From Alphaproteobacteria bacterium (GTDB lineage: Bacteria > Pseudomonadota > Alphaproteobacteria > Bin95), in assembly GCA_026706245.1 (NCBI GenBank), contig JAPOZD010000219.1, forward strand, positions 1 through 55,687: a DNA stretch of 55,687 nucleotides, in the 5' to 3' direction. Positions 1-10,288 of this stretch are shown here, in pieces (within the stretch, counting starts at the first letter, position 1; each line of letters starts with the position of its first letter). Position numbers and translations under genes: made by a program. Under the pieces are notes generated by a model, which was not told the origin of the DNA, ran no database searches, and saw only the letters and a list, made by a program, of their open reading frames with translations.

Positions 1-1
1 G

Positions 2-517
2 GCCGGCCTGGGGGCGCTTCTGGCGGCGGCCCTGCCGGCGGCGCTTGCGGCGGCATGGGCGCGGCGCCGCGGCCGCCTTCTCGGGGCCGGGGCCATGGCG
101 GCGGCTGCGGCGGGCCTCGCGGCGGTGATCGCCCTTCCGGCGGCGATGGAGCAGGCGGTGCCCGGAGGCCGCTGGCAGGCGTTCGACGAAGCGCGGATCG
201 GGCCGCTGGTGTCCGAGGGGCGCACGGTCTTCGTCGATGTGACCGCCGACTGGTGCATCACCTGCAGGTTCAACAAGGCGGCGGTGCTGGAACGGGGCCC
301 GGTCGCGGAGCGGCTGGCCGGCGGCGTAGTGGCGATGCGCGCCGACTGGACCCGGCCCGACCCGGCGATCTCGGCCTATCTCGCCCGCTTCGCCCGCTAC
401 GGCATCCCCTTCAACGCGGTTTACGGCCCGGGCGCGCCCGCCGGCATCGCGCTGCCGGAGCTGCTGACGGACGGCGCCGTTCTGGAAGCGATGGACAAGG
501 CCGGCCGGAAAGGCTGA
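2..517 (+). CDS. DsbD-family thiol:disulfide interchange protein, C-terminal thioredoxin-like domain (5' end lies outside the window)
   Basis: The reading frame is open from the window edge. An Ala/Leu-rich hydrophobic stretch is followed by a thioredoxin-like region with a WCITC (CxxC) motif. Stop at 515-517. Confidence 0.7.
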   Translation, partial: AGLGALLAAALPAALAAAWARRRGRLLGAGAMAAAAAGLAAVIALPAAMEQAVPGGRWQAFDEARIGPLVSEGRTVFVDVTADWCITCRFNKAAVLERGPVAERLAGGVVAMRADWTRPDPAISAYLARFARYGIPFNAVYGPGAPAGIALPELLTDGAVLEAMDKAGRKG

Positions 518-533
518 CCCCGGAACGTCCGGC

Positions 534-914
534 CTATTCGAAGGTCTGCAGGTAGGCGATCACGTCCGCCCGGTCCTTCTCCTTGCGCAGGCCGGCAAAG
601 CTCATCTTGCTGCCCTTGATGAGCTTCCGCGGCTTGGCGAGGTAGGTATCGAGCACCTCGACGGTCCACACGAACCCTTCTTCCTTCTTCGCCAGGAAGG
701 CCTTGGAATATTTGAAGCCTTCCACGGAGGCGATCTCGTTGTCGATGATCCCGTTCAGGATGGGGCCGATCTTGTTCCTGGCCTTGTCGCCGACGGTGTG
801 GCAGGCCTTGCATTTGCGGAAGACCTTCTTGCCTTTGGCGGGGTCGCCGTCGGCAAGGGCGGGGCCGGCAAGGCCCAGGCCGAGCGCGACGATCAACAGG
901 CGGGCGATCTTCAT
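534..914 (-). CDS. Class I c-type cytochrome (c2/c550-like), likely periplasmic electron donor of the nos cluster
   Basis: 126 aa. Signal peptide MKIARLLIVALGLGLAGPALA, a single CKACH heme-binding motif and a distal Met region (KMSFAGL). It lies 25 nt downstream of nosX on the same strand. Confidence 0.9.
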   Translation of the reverse strand: MKIARLLIVALGLGLAGPALADGDPAKGKKVFRKCKACHTVGDKARNKIGPILNGIIDNEIASVEGFKYSKAFLAKKEEGFVWTVEVLDTYLAKPRKLIKGSKMSFAGLRKEKDRADVIAYLQTFE

Positions 915-938
915 CCTTTCGTCCTCCTTCGGGCGGGT

Positions 939-1868
939 TCAGGAGACGAGAGCCTCCAGAGTTGCAGCGCGGTGCTGCGCCAGCGCGCGGTCGATGGCAG
1001 GGCGGTCCATGAGGCAGAACGCGGTCGAGAGCGCATCCGCAAGCGCCGCGCGGGGCGCGGATACCGACGCAAGGCGCCAGCGCGCGGCCGGCTTCCCGGT
1101 CCGGGGGTCGAGAATGTGGCCCGCTCCCCTGGCGGCGTCCAGAAGCGTTGCGAGCGGGGCGGAGGTGGCGAGCGCGCGCCCGGACAGCGTCCTGTGGGCG
1201 ACGGGCGTTCCGTCGGGCAGGGCGACGCCCGCGCGCCAGGGCGTCCCGTCCGCGCGCCTGCCGAGCGCCTTTATCTCGCCGGTATCGACCAGCACATCGA
1301 CCAGCCCGCGGGCGCGCAGCAGGCCGGCGACGCGGTCGGCGATATAGCCTTGCGCGATCCCGTTGAGCGTCAGCGCCATGCCGGACCGGCCGAAACGAAC
1401 AAGGCCGGCCCCGACCTGCACATGGCGCCAGCCCGAGGCGTGCAGCGCGGCGCGCATTTCGGCGCTCGTCGGCGCCCGGTTTTCGGCGGCCGCCTGTGTG
1501 TGCAGCCGCCAGAAAGGCTGCACCGTCGGGTCGAACGCGCCGCCGGTGGTCTCGTTCACGAGCCGCGCGAGGTCGAGCAGTTCCAGCATCTCGTGCGAGG
1601 GGTATTCGAGCCGCCCGGCGCGGTTCAGCCGGCTGAGCTCGGACTCGGCGCGGTAGAGGCTGAAAATGCCCTCCAGCCGCGAAATCTCGGCCTCGACCCG
1701 CCCGGCGAGCCCGGCAGCCGCCGCGCGGTCCAGTCCGGCGAGCGTGATCGAGGCGGGGGCGCCGAGCGCAACGCCCCGCCAGCGGAACGTCCCGGCCCGG
1801 GCGGGCGCGTGCCAGGCGAGGCCGGCGGTGGCCGAAACGGCGAGGAACCGGCGCCGGGTGATCTTCAT
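939..1868 (-). CDS. nosX: NosX / ApbE-family FAD:protein FMN transferase
   Basis: 309 aa. Twin-arginine signal (TRRRFLAVSATAG) and ApbE-family similarity along the full length. Its ATG overlaps the nosL stop (ATGA). Confidence 0.85.
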   Translation of the reverse strand: MKITRRRFLAVSATAGLAWHAPARAGTFRWRGVALGAPASITLAGLDRAAAAGLAGRVEAEISRLEGIFSLYRAESELSRLNRAGRLEYPSHEMLELLDLARLVNETTGGAFDPTVQPFWRLHTQAAAENRAPTSAEMRAALHASGWRHVQVGAGLVRFGRSGMALTLNGIAQGYIADRVAGLLRARGLVDVLVDTGEIKALGRRADGTPWRAGVALPDGTPVAHRTLSGRALATSAPLATLLDAARGAGHILDPRTGKPAARWRLASVSAPRAALADALSTAFCLMDRPAIDRALAQHRAATLEALVS

Positions 1869-2377
1869 TGCCGGCCTCCCTCGGCAAGATCGATCTCGAC
1901 GGGCGCCAGAACGGCGTCATCCGGTATGTCGGCGAAGGCGCGCACCTTGCCGCCATGCCGGCCGGCGAAGCGGGCGGCGGCCTCGGCCGAGGAGAAGGGG
2001 ACGATCTCCGGTGCGCCCATGCCGCCCCGGGCATCGCCGCCGACCACGAAGCTGGCACCTTGCGCCAGGACCCAGTTGTCCGGACCGGGCTCGGCCCAGC
2101 TCGGCGCCGCGCCCATGTCGGACACGTAGATGGCGCGCAGGCCCGCGCTCCGTTCCGGGCCTTTCGCATAGGCGAGCGCGTCGCGGACCTGCGTGAAGAA
2201 GATCGGCTCGGGGATGCCCTCGAGATGAATTTGGGCCTTGGGGCCCTCATGGTCGAGGACCGTCATCATGCAGTAATGGCCGACCGCCTCGGCCGTCAGG
2301 CGCACGGGATCGGGCAAGGCGGCTTCCTCCTCGCCGCAGCCGGCGAGAAGCAGGAGGACGAGCGCCAGGCGCTTCAC
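1865..2377 (-). CDS. nosL: NosL copper-binding lipoprotein
   Basis: 170 aa from the GTG at 2377-2375. Lipobox LLLLAGC and NosL-like core (HYCMMTV..., FVVGGDARGGMG). The GTG overlaps the nosY stop (GTGA). The ORF-track extension up to 3298 is the nosY frame shadow. Confidence 0.85.
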   Translation of the reverse strand: MKRLALVLLLLAGCGEEEAALPDPVRLTAEAVGHYCMMTVLDHEGPKAQIHLEGIPEPIFFTQVRDALAYAKGPERSAGLRAIYVSDMGAAPSWAEPGPDNWVLAQGASFVVGGDARGGMGAPEIVPFSSAEAAARFAGRHGGKVRAFADIPDDAVLAPVEIDLAEGGRQ

Positions 2378-3198
2378 GGCGCGGTCCTCGAAACGGCAAG
2401 CCGGGCGAGAGCGAACGCCGCGACCGGCCAGAGGAGAAGCGAGGCGAGCGGCGCGCCGCCCGGCAGCGCGCCGGCGGCCCCGGTCATGCCGCTCGCCAGC
2501 GCGACCTGCCCGGAACCGGCCACGTTCCAGAGCCGGAACGCATCGGCCGGGTTGAGCGCGAGCAGCCAGGGGAACAGCGTCTGGGTGAAGAAGCCGCCAT
2601 CGTCCGCGCCCACGGCGCCGAGCAGGCCCAGGTCGTAGAGCACGACCAGCACCAGCCAGATCCCGACCGCCATCCCGGCACTGCCGGCCGTGCTGCCGGC
2701 AAGGGCGGAGACCGCATAGCCAAGCGCGAGGAAGGTGGCGCCGAGAAGGACCGAGGAGCCGATCAGCCGGAGGAGCGCGGCAAGGCTCTCGGGTCCCGCG
2801 CCGCCCGCCGCCGCCGCGGCGAGTCCGGCCGCGCCGAACCCCGCCGCCATGGCGAGCGCCAGCACCGCCAGATGCGCCGCCAGCTTGCCGGCCAGCAGTT
2901 CTCCCCGCGTCAGGCGGTAGCTCAGCAGCAGCGCGAGGCTGCCCCGCTCGCGCTCGCCGGCAACCGCATCGAAGGACAGCAGCAGCGCCAGCAGCGGCGT
3001 CAGATAGACGGCCAGCGTCGTCATCGAGGCAACCGACACGGTGAGCAGATCGACGCCGAGCGTGCCCGTCGGCGCAGAGCCTGCGAATGTGAGCGCAAGC
3101 GCGAACAGCAGCATCAGCACCGCCGCCGTCAGCGCCCAGCGGTTGCGCCGCGCGATGCGGAACTCCGCCCCGGCGATTGCAAGCATGCGGGCGATCAT
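2374..3198 (-). CDS. nosY: NosY ABC-2 type permease
   Basis: 274 aa from the ATG at 3198-3196. Polytopic and hydrophobic, in the position and with the composition of NosY. ATGA overlap with the nosF stop. Confidence 0.85.
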   Translation of the reverse strand: MIARMLAIAGAEFRIARRNRWALTAAVLMLLFALALTFAGSAPTGTLGVDLLTVSVASMTTLAVYLTPLLALLLSFDAVAGERERGSLALLLSYRLTRGELLAGKLAAHLAVLALAMAAGFGAAGLAAAAAGGAGPESLAALLRLIGSSVLLGATFLALGYAVSALAGSTAGSAGMAVGIWLVLVVLYDLGLLGAVGADDGGFFTQTLFPWLLALNPADAFRLWNVAGSGQVALASGMTGAAGALPGGAPLASLLLWPVAAFALARLAVSRTAP

Positions 3199-4091
3199 GG
3201 CGAGGCCCCCCCGGAATAGTGCCGGTAGATGTCCTCCAGGCTCGGCTGCGCGACATCCAGGTCCGCAACCAGCCCGCCGAGGCCGGCGATCTCGGCAAGC
3301 CGCGCCATCTTCTGCGAGGGCGGGCACAGAATTTCGACCGAAGCGCCGTTCAGCCGCGCGCCGCCGATGCGCGCCTGGAGATCGGCGGCGCGCTCTCCCC
3401 TTGCCGTGACCCGGAGCCGGACCGGCAGCCCCGCCTCGTCCCTCAGCCGGGCAAGCGCGTCGCAGGCGACCATGCGGCCCTCGCGCAGGATCGCGATCCG
3501 GTCCGTGCGGGCCTCCAGTTCGGTGAGCGCGTGGCTTGCGACCAGGACGGCGGTCCCCTGCCCGGCCATCTCGTCGACAATCGCGTAGAGCTCGTAGCGC
3601 GAAACCGGGTCGAGGCCGCTTGTCGGCTCGTCCAGCAGGGCGAGCGCCGGGCGGCCGAGCAGCATCTGGGCGAGGCCGAGCCGCTGGCGCATGCCCTTGG
3701 ACCATGTGCCGATGCGTCGGTCGGCGGCGTCCCCGAGGCCGACGCGGTCGAGCAGGCCCGGGACAACCGCCCGCGAAACGCCGGCGAGGCGCGCGAACAG
3801 GCCCAGTTGCTCGCGCCCGGTGAGCGCCGGATGAAAGGCGAGCGCTTCCGGCAGATAGGCCGCCGCCTCGCGCGCGGCGGCGCTTCCCGCGGCCGCGCCC
3901 CCGACCGAGATCGACCCGCTATCCGCCGGAACGAGCCCGAGCGCGAGCTTCATCAGCGTCGTCTTGCCGGCGCCGTTATGGCCGAGCAGCGCCACCCGCT
4001 CGCCGGCGCGGACCTCCAGCGACACCTCATGCAGCACACGGCGCGGCCCGTAGGCCTTGGAGACGGCCGAGACGGAAAGCGCGCTATCCAT
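3195..4091 (-). CDS. nosF: NosF ABC transporter ATPase
   Basis: 298 aa. Walker A GHNGAGKTT, ABC signature SKGMRQRL, Walker B LALLDEP. Overlaps the nosD 3' end by 8 nt. Confidence 0.9.
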   Translation of the reverse strand: MDSALSVSAVSKAYGPRRVLHEVSLEVRAGERVALLGHNGAGKTTLMKLALGLVPADSGSISVGGAAAGSAAAREAAAYLPEALAFHPALTGREQLGLFARLAGVSRAVVPGLLDRVGLGDAADRRIGTWSKGMRQRLGLAQMLLGRPALALLDEPTSGLDPVSRYELYAIVDEMAGQGTAVLVASHALTELEARTDRIAILREGRMVACDALARLRDEAGLPVRLRVTARGERAADLQARIGGARLNGASVEILCPPSQKMARLAEIAGLGGLVADLDVAQPSLEDIYRHYSGGASP

Positions 4092-5343
4092 CGCCGCCCT
4101 CCCCCCAGTCCGGAACCCGGACCTCGACGGGCCGCATCAGCGGGTGGCTGTCGATGACACCGCCCGGCAGAAGCGCGGGGAAAGCCGCCTGCGCCCAGCG
4201 CACGAGCTGCACCGCCGGCGCGCCGAGCAGCCATTTCGCCGCGGGCTGGCGCCACAGCAGATGGTCCATCGCATCGTTCGGGCGGTAGGGGGCGTCGGCT
4301 ATGCCATCGCCGTCGAGGTCGAAGGCGGCGAAGTCGGACCAGTGGTTGCCGCGGCCTTTCTCGGACCAGTCCATCCAGCGGGTGCCGGCATATTTCACCT
4401 GCGTGCGGTTGGCGATGAAGGCATTGCCGGAGATCGCGTTGCGCTCGGAGCCGGCGGTGAAATGGATGCCGATGGCGCAGCCCTCGAACCGGTTATCCTC
4501 GATCCGGTTCTTGTGCGCGTTGTAGATGAAGGCGCAGCGATTGGCCCCGTTCAGCACGAGATTGCCGCGGACCTTTGAGCTGTTGGCGTAGTTCAGCATG
4601 ATGCCGTGCTCGGCGTCGCCTATGGAGGCGTTGCCGAGCACCTTCACGCGTTTGGAATACATGATCGCATAGCCGAGGTCGTTGCCGATGGAGAGGTTGC
4701 CCTCGACCGTGCTGCTGTGGGCGTACATGTAGTGGACCGCGAAGCGCAGGTCCCGGAAGCGGTTGTTCCGGAAGGTGTTCTTCTTCGAGGTATTGACGAA
4801 GATGCCGTCCCGGCCCCAGCGGATGTCGTTGCCCTCCACAACCGCGCCGGGCGCGTTCCAGACATAGACGCCGTTGCCGCGGGCGTTCATGCGATGGTCC
4901 CGGCGGCCTTCGATGACATTGCCGGCGACGCGGGCATTGCGTGCGCCGTGGATATCGACGCCGTAGAGATTGCCCATCAGCCGGTTGCCCCGGACCAGGG
5001 CGCGGGCGGCCTTGCGGCCGAGCCTGATGCCGGAATCGCGGGTCTCGTGCGAGGAGCCGGAGCCGCGTATTTCCAGCCCGCCGATCTCGACATCGGGCGC
5101 GAGCACCGAAATGACGCTGCCGACGCCGGGTCCCGCAACGACGGCCCCGCCCCGGCCCCGCAGCGCGAGCGGGCGGTCGATCTCCACACCGCCTTCATGG
5201 ACGCCGGGAGCCAGCAGGAGCACCTCCCCCGTCTCCGCGGCTTCAATAGCGGCGGCTAGCGCGCCGGGCCGCGCGGGCACCTCGCGCTCCGCCGCCAGCG
5301 CGGGCGAAGCGATGAGGGCCAGCGCAAGCCCGGCGCGGAGCAT
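4084..5343 (-). CDS. nosD: NosD periplasmic beta-helix protein (NosZ copper-centre maturation)
   Basis: 419 aa from the ATG at 5343-5341. Signal peptide [17 protein letters not shown] and repeated parallel beta-helix units (GN.I.GN... pattern). ATGA overlap with the nosZ stop. Confidence 0.9.
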   Translation of the reverse strand: MLRAGLALALIASPALAAEREVPARPGALAAAIEAAETGEVLLLAPGVHEGGVEIDRPLALRGRGGAVVAGPGVGSVISVLAPDVEIGGLEIRGSGSSHETRDSGIRLGRKAARALVRGNRLMGNLYGVDIHGARNARVAGNVIEGRRDHRMNARGNGVYVWNAPGAVVEGNDIRWGRDGIFVNTSKKNTFRNNRFRDLRFAVHYMYAHSSTVEGNLSIGNDLGYAIMYSKRVKVLGNASIGDAEHGIMLNYANSSKVRGNLVLNGANRCAFIYNAHKNRIEDNRFEGCAIGIHFTAGSERNAISGNAFIANRTQVKYAGTRWMDWSEKGRGNHWSDFAAFDLDGDGIADAPYRPNDAMDHLLWRQPAAKWLLGAPAVQLVRWAQAAFPALLPGGVIDSHPLMRPVEVRVPDWGEGGDG

Positions 5344-7247
5344 CACGCGGCTCTCGGCTCGACGAACATCCGCCCGCGCATCTCCATGTGGAGCGCATGG
5401 CAGAACCACTGGCAGTAGAACCAGTGGACGCCGGGGCGGTCGGCGGTGAAGGTGACCGAGGCCGTCGCCTGCGGCGCAATCTCGAAGGCGATGCCGTAGT
5501 TCGACAGGCAGAAGCCGTGGGTCACGTCGTCCACATCGTCGAGATTGGTGATGTAGATCGTGACCTCGTCGCCCTGCCGGACCGTGAACTTCTCCATCGA
5601 GAACTCGGGCGCGACCGAATACATGTAGACGCGCACCTTGTTGCCGTCGCGGATCGGCTCCTCGGCGCCGTCCTCCAGATCGACGCCGTCCGCCGCCGCC
5701 TGCCTGACGGCGTCGGAGAAGGTCGGGTCGTCCCGGTCCCATATGGTCTTCGGGTTCACGATGTCGCGGCGCACGATGATGCAGTCATGCGGCTCGGCGA
5801 AGGTCGGCCCGTCATGGAGCACCTTCATCTCGTCCGACGAGATGTCGATGAGCTGCTCGTTCTCCGGCTTCAGCGGCCCGACATTGATGAAACGGTCCTT
5901 GGAGAACTTGTTCATCGAAACGAGCCACCTACCGTCCGCCTCGGCCGTCTCGCCCATGGTGCTGTGATTGTGTCCGGGCTGGTAGTGGACATCGACCTTG
6001 GAGATGATCGGGTCCACATCCTCGCCGGCATAGGCGCGGATGGCCTTCTCGACGTCCCATTTCACGATCTGGCTGTCGAGGAAGAGCGTGGTGAAGGCGC
6101 CGCCCTTGCCGTCGAAGGCGGTGTGGAGCGGCCCCAGGCCCAGCTGCGGCTCGGCGACGATGCAGGAACGCGGGTCGGCATTCTCGGAGAACAGCGCATC
6201 CACCTTCGTCACGTCGATGACCGAGACGGTGGGCGAGAGCTTGCCGTTGATGACGACATGGCGCTTGTCCGGGGCGGTGTTGCAGCCATGCGGGCTGTTC
6301 GGGATCGGCACATAGCGCGTGTATTTCGATCCCTTGCGCCCGTCCAGCACGCGCACACCGTTCAGCATCTGCCCATCGCCGGCCGCCACGCCCGCCTCGA
6401 TCGCCTTGATGTCGAAGATGACGCAGTGGTCGGTCTCGCTCTCGGTCATCTCGGCCAGCGTCATCCCCATCTCGGAGTTGTAGCTGGTGGAGAAGGCGTA
6501 TTTGCCCTGGTAGTCGGCGTCGCAATTGTCGAGATTGCCGGAGACGATCACCTGCCAGGCGACGGTCATCGTGTCGCCGTCTATGGCGGTGAAGATGTTG
6601 ACGTAATCCTCCGGGCTGTCGAGGATCCTGCCGTCATTGACGAGCGGCGTCTCATGCTCGCCATTGGCGAAAATGTAGCCGGTGCGGGGATATTTCTGCG
6701 GGCGCAGGCCGTGGATGTCCGCCGCGTTCGGGATCTCGATGATCTTGTCGCATTTCATGATGTCGCAGCGCACCCGCGCGACGCGGGTGTTGGCCTTGTC
6801 GTTCATGAACAGGTAACGGCCGTCATAGGTGCCGTCGGTGAACGACATATGCGGGTGGTGGAGGTCGCCATTGTCGTAGGTGACGCGGCCCCTGGCGGCG
6901 AGGAGTTCCTTCGTTTCCGGCAGCAGCCCCTCGGTCAGCACCTTGAGGCTCTCATTGGTCTGGCCCCAGCCGGTCGCGGAACAGCGGTTGAAGACCGGCA
7001 CGCGCATGAGTTCGCGCATGGACGGGACGCCCAGAATACGCAGTTCGCCCGCATGGCCGGACGACCAGAAGCCGTAATACTCGTCAAGCTGGCCGGGGCC
7101 GAGGGCGTGGCTGCCTGCGGCGGCGTGCGCGCGCGGCGGGCTTGCGATGCCCGCTGCCGCCGTCGCGGCCGCGGCGACCGCTCCGCCTGCGGTTGCCCGC
7201 ATGAGGCCGCGCCGGGTGACGCTGAGTTTATTCGCCTTGTCTGTCAT
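5343..7247 (-). CDS. nosZ: Nitrous-oxide reductase NosZ (clade I, Tat-exported)
   Basis: 634 aa from the ATG at 7247-7245. Tat signal [14 protein letters not shown], propeller domain and C-terminal CuA motif [12 protein letters not shown]. The 26-codon upstream extension in the ORF track is not needed. Confidence 0.95.
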   Translation of the reverse strand: MTDKANKLSVTRRGLMRATAGGAVAAAATAAAGIASPPRAHAAAGSHALGPGQLDEYYGFWSSGHAGELRILGVPSMRELMRVPVFNRCSATGWGQTNESLKVLTEGLLPETKELLAARGRVTYDNGDLHHPHMSFTDGTYDGRYLFMNDKANTRVARVRCDIMKCDKIIEIPNAADIHGLRPQKYPRTGYIFANGEHETPLVNDGRILDSPEDYVNIFTAIDGDTMTVAWQVIVSGNLDNCDADYQGKYAFSTSYNSEMGMTLAEMTESETDHCVIFDIKAIEAGVAAGDGQMLNGVRVLDGRKGSKYTRYVPIPNSPHGCNTAPDKRHVVINGKLSPTVSVIDVTKVDALFSENADPRSCIVAEPQLGLGPLHTAFDGKGGAFTTLFLDSQIVKWDVEKAIRAYAGEDVDPIISKVDVHYQPGHNHSTMGETAEADGRWLVSMNKFSKDRFINVGPLKPENEQLIDISSDEMKVLHDGPTFAEPHDCIIVRRDIVNPKTIWDRDDPTFSDAVRQAAADGVDLEDGAEEPIRDGNKVRVYMYSVAPEFSMEKFTVRQGDEVTIYITNLDDVDDVTHGFCLSNYGIAFEIAPQATASVTFTADRPGVHWFYCQWFCHALHMEMRGRMFVEPRAA

Positions 7248-9408
7248 GACTTCCCTCCTTCCGGGATGTGGGTGCGTTGGGCGCCTGGGCGAGCGCGGCG
7301 CTGAGCGCGCCGGCGCTGCGGGCAAGGCGTTCCCGGCTCCGCTCTCTCTTGATGCAGACCGGGCATTTGGCGGTGGACTGGTAGAGCACCTGGCAGTGCA
7401 GGCAGTTCACGCATTCGTTCGGGTTGATCTCGCCCGTCGGGTGGATGGCCTGGACGGGGCATTCGTTGGCGCAGAGCTGGCAGGGATGGCCGCACTCGTG
7501 GTAGCGCCTCAGCCAGGCGAACATGCGCACCCGCGCGGGGATCGCGAGCGCGGCGCCGAGCGGGCAGAGATAGCGGCAGAAGAAGCGCTCGACGAAGAGC
7601 CCGGCAACCAGCAGCGAGACTGCAAACAGCACGAACGGCCATTCGCGGGCGAATTTCAGCACGATGGCAGTCTTGAACGGCTCGACCTCGGCGAAGGTCT
7701 CGGCCAGCGGAATCGAGGCGAGCGAGATGCCGAACAGGCCGAGGAACAGCACATACTTCACCGGCCAGAGCCGCTCATGCAGGCCCCAGGGAAGCTCCCA
7801 TTGCGGCACGCGGAGCGCGCGCGCGATCTTGTTGGTCAGCTCCTGCAGCGCGCCGAAGGGGCAGAGCCAGCCGCAATAGGCGCCCCGCCCCCAGAAGATC
7901 AGCGCCGCCGCCACGGAGAACCAGAGGATGAAGACCAGCGGGTCGAGCAGGAACGCATCCCAGGCGAAGCCCGTGCGCAGACTGCCGAACAACGCCATCA
8001 GGTTCACGACCGAAAGCTGGGCGTTGGCGTACCAGCCGAGGAAGAAGAGCGTGGCCGTGAGGAATCCCATGCGCAGCCAGAAATAGAGCCGCGCATTTCT
8101 CGTCACCTGGCGCTGGAAGAAAAAGATCGCGGTCAGCAGCGCGAGCATGACGGCGAGCCCGGCGATCTCGAGCCGGCGGTCGTGCCAGACCCGCTGCCAG
8201 AGCGCCGCCTTGGCCTCCGCCTCGCCGGTTTCCGCCTCCGGGGGCGCCGCCGGCGGCAGCAGGTAGCGCTCGGGCAGGCGGTAACCGAGGTCGAAGGTCA
8301 GGAACCGCTTGTCCACGGCGCCAACGGCGCGCTGCACCAGAAGCTGCAGCCGCCACGGCTCGCCCGGTTCGAACGCCGCATCCGCGGGAATCCGGAAGAG
8401 GTCGAGCTCGGTGAAGGCGGGAGCGCCCACGGCGGCGATGTCGCCGAGCCGCCTGTGGTCGCGGTCGAAGAAGCGGATCGACCGGTCGCCCTGGATGAGC
8501 TGGATGCGGTCGAAGATGCCGCCGCGCACATAGCCCGAGCCCTTGAAGGAGTAGCGCCCGCGGCCCGCGACCAGGAGGGCGTGGCCGTCCTCGCCGATCC
8601 ATCGGGCGAGATTGGCGTATTCCGCCTCGCCCAGCAGGCTGAGCCCGATGGACGGCACGCTGGCGAGCGCTGCGCGCAGGTCGATGAAGGTCTCTTCCGG
8701 CGCGCCCCGTTCCGGGCGGGCGATGGCCTTGGGGTCGCCCGTCGCCTCGAAGGCCGCATTGACCTGGGAGACATCGAGCGAGAGCGCGCGCACCGAGCCG
8801 TCCCCGGCGAGCACGGCCCAGTCGAACACTTCCCGTTTCGTCCGGTCCACCTCGCGGGCGGGGCCGGCCGCGGCCTCCGGCGCGAGGCCGCCGAGACCCA
8901 GCGCCCGCGCCACCTTGAGCCCGGCCCGGATGACCGAGTCGTCGATCACCATCACCGTCACGGTTGCGCCCGAGATGATGTCGAGATCGTGCGCCGAGCC
9001 GCCTTCAGCCGCCTCCAGTTTCAGGTCGATGCCGGCATAGGACTCGGTCAGCCGCCGCATTTTCGCGTCGGGTATGCCGATCAGCACGATAGGCTCGGAA
9101 TGCTCGACGAGCCTGACTCCGGTGAGCACGGCATCGGGTGACATCGCCGCGACGACATGGATAGGCTTGCCGGAATAACCGGTCGTGCCGACGAAATCCG
9201 ATGTGAGGAAGGCCCAGCCTGCGGTTTCACCGCCTTTCAGGACCGGGGTGACAGGGAGGTCGCTGCGGATCGGCCCGAAGCCGGTCGCCCCGGGGACGAG
9301 CGCCTCCGGCGCGAGCCCGCCCAGAAAGCGCGGCAAGTCGGACCCCCATGCGGCAATCGGCAAAGCCGATAGCCACAGGACCAGGCCGACGATCAAGCCG
9401 CGGGACAC
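7228..9408 (-). CDS. nosR: NosR membrane flavo-iron-sulfur protein (regulator/electron donor for NosZ)
   Basis: 726 aa from the GTG at 9408-9406, preceded by GGAGGA 7 nt upstream. It has an N-terminal periplasmic FMN-bind-like domain, a multi-helix membrane core with CPFGALQE and CRYLCPLGA motifs, and C-terminal ferredoxin-type Cys clusters ([17 protein letters not shown]). The 3' end overlaps the nosZ start by 20 nt. Confidence 0.9.
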   Translation of the reverse strand: MSRGLIVGLVLWLSALPIAAWGSDLPRFLGGLAPEALVPGATGFGPIRSDLPVTPVLKGGETAGWAFLTSDFVGTTGYSGKPIHVVAAMSPDAVLTGVRLVEHSEPIVLIGIPDAKMRRLTESYAGIDLKLEAAEGGSAHDLDIISGATVTVMVIDDSVIRAGLKVARALGLGGLAPEAAAGPAREVDRTKREVFDWAVLAGDGSVRALSLDVSQVNAAFEATGDPKAIARPERGAPEETFIDLRAALASVPSIGLSLLGEAEYANLARWIGEDGHALLVAGRGRYSFKGSGYVRGGIFDRIQLIQGDRSIRFFDRDHRRLGDIAAVGAPAFTELDLFRIPADAAFEPGEPWRLQLLVQRAVGAVDKRFLTFDLGYRLPERYLLPPAAPPEAETGEAEAKAALWQRVWHDRRLEIAGLAVMLALLTAIFFFQRQVTRNARLYFWLRMGFLTATLFFLGWYANAQLSVVNLMALFGSLRTGFAWDAFLLDPLVFILWFSVAAALIFWGRGAYCGWLCPFGALQELTNKIARALRVPQWELPWGLHERLWPVKYVLFLGLFGISLASIPLAETFAEVEPFKTAIVLKFAREWPFVLFAVSLLVAGLFVERFFCRYLCPLGAALAIPARVRMFAWLRRYHECGHPCQLCANECPVQAIHPTGEINPNECVNCLHCQVLYQSTAKCPVCIKRERSRERLARSAGALSAALAQAPNAPTSRKEGSHDRQGE

Positions 9409-9463
9409 CGGATGTTCCTCCGTGCTGCGGGCGGGACCCTAGCGAATTCGGCCCGTTCGCTCC

Positions 9464-9477
9464 TTGACGCCCGTCAA
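9464..9477. promoter_or_regulatory. FNR/Dnr/NnrR-type box TTGAC-GCCC-GTCAA
   Basis: Perfect 5-4-5 palindrome matching the TTGAT-N4-ATCAA family consensus. Its centre is about 62 bp upstream of the nosR GTG and about 89 bp upstream of the divergent Crp/Fnr gene. Confidence 0.55.
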
Positions 9478-9559
9478 GCGGGTTCCTTGCGGGACGGCCC
9501 GTGGCGTTGTAACCCTCCGGTGTTCCAGCCGGGCCGGCGTGGAGCCGGGGGAAGATGCG

Positions 9560-10252
9560 ATGGCCGTAGGCGAGGACGACCTGGAGAAAGTCCATCAGCT
9601 CCCCATGTTTCGGGGGCTGGCGGCGGACGCGCTCCGTTCGGTGGTCAAGGACGCGGAAGTCCTGGCCTATTCGAAACGGACCACGATTTTCGAGCAGGGG
9701 GACCCGGTCACCCACTTTTTCGGCGTGCTGTCCGGCTGGGTGAAGCTTTACCGCCTGCGTCCGGACGGCTCGGAGGTCATCATCGAGGTGTTCGGGCCCG
9801 GCGAATCCTTTGCCGAGGGCGCCATCTGCATGCCCGACGGCTACCCGGTTTCCGCCGAGATGGTCGAGCGCGGACGGCTTCTGGCGGTGCCCGTCACCGA
9901 CTATATCGACCGCCTGCGCGAGGACCCCGACATGGTCCTGAGGACGTTCGCCTCGCTCGCGGTCAACCTGAAGCGCCTCGTGACAAGGATCGAGACGGCC
10001 AGCAGCCAGACCTCGTCGCAGCGCGTCGGGGCGTTCCTGCTGCATTTCTGTTCCCCGTCGAGGCCCTATGGCAGCGCCGTCGATGTGCGGCTGCCCTACG
10101 ACAAGAAACTGATCGCCAACCGGCTCGGCATGAAGCCGGAAACCTTTTCGCGGGCGCTGGCCCAGCTAAGGAACTACGGCGTGACCATCAAGGGCGGGGA
10201 TGCGCGGATCGCCGACCTCGCGGTCCTCCACCGCCATGTCTCGCCGGAATAG
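9560..10252 (+). CDS. Crp/Fnr-family transcriptional regulator, Dnr/NnrR-like (no N-terminal FNR cysteine cluster)
   Basis: 230 aa from the ATG at 9560 (alternative upstream start at 9464). cNMP-binding-like beta-roll and a C-terminal HTH with ETFSRAL (E--SR recognition helix). Divergent from nosR. Confidence 0.85.
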   Translation: MAVGEDDLEKVHQLPMFRGLAADALRSVVKDAEVLAYSKRTTIFEQGDPVTHFFGVLSGWVKLYRLRPDGSEVIIEVFGPGESFAEGAICMPDGYPVSAEMVERGRLLAVPVTDYIDRLREDPDMVLRTFASLAVNLKRLVTRIETASSQTSSQRVGAFLLHFCSPSRPYGSAVDVRLPYDKKLIANRLGMKPETFSRALAQLRNYGVTIKGGDARIADLAVLHRHVSPE

Positions 10253-10288
10253 CCGGGCCCCGATCCGAACGAACGAAGGAGCCGCCCC

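Noticed and set aside
520-532. Short hairpin CCGGA-acg-TCCGG between the convergent DsbD-like and cytochrome c genes, considered as a bidirectional terminator
   Set aside because: It has only a 5-bp stem and no U/A tracts. It is too weak to call.
421-2250. 609-aa ORF (and similar ones: 5388-7304, 7147-9141, 13204-15585, 18793-20385, 23839-25320, 51682-54345, among others) running antisense to or out of frame with recognisable genes
   Set aside because: Their translations are Arg/Ala/Gly/Pro-rich with no motifs. Each overlaps a gene with clear family signatures on the other strand or in another frame. Long open shadow frames are expected in DNA this GC-rich.
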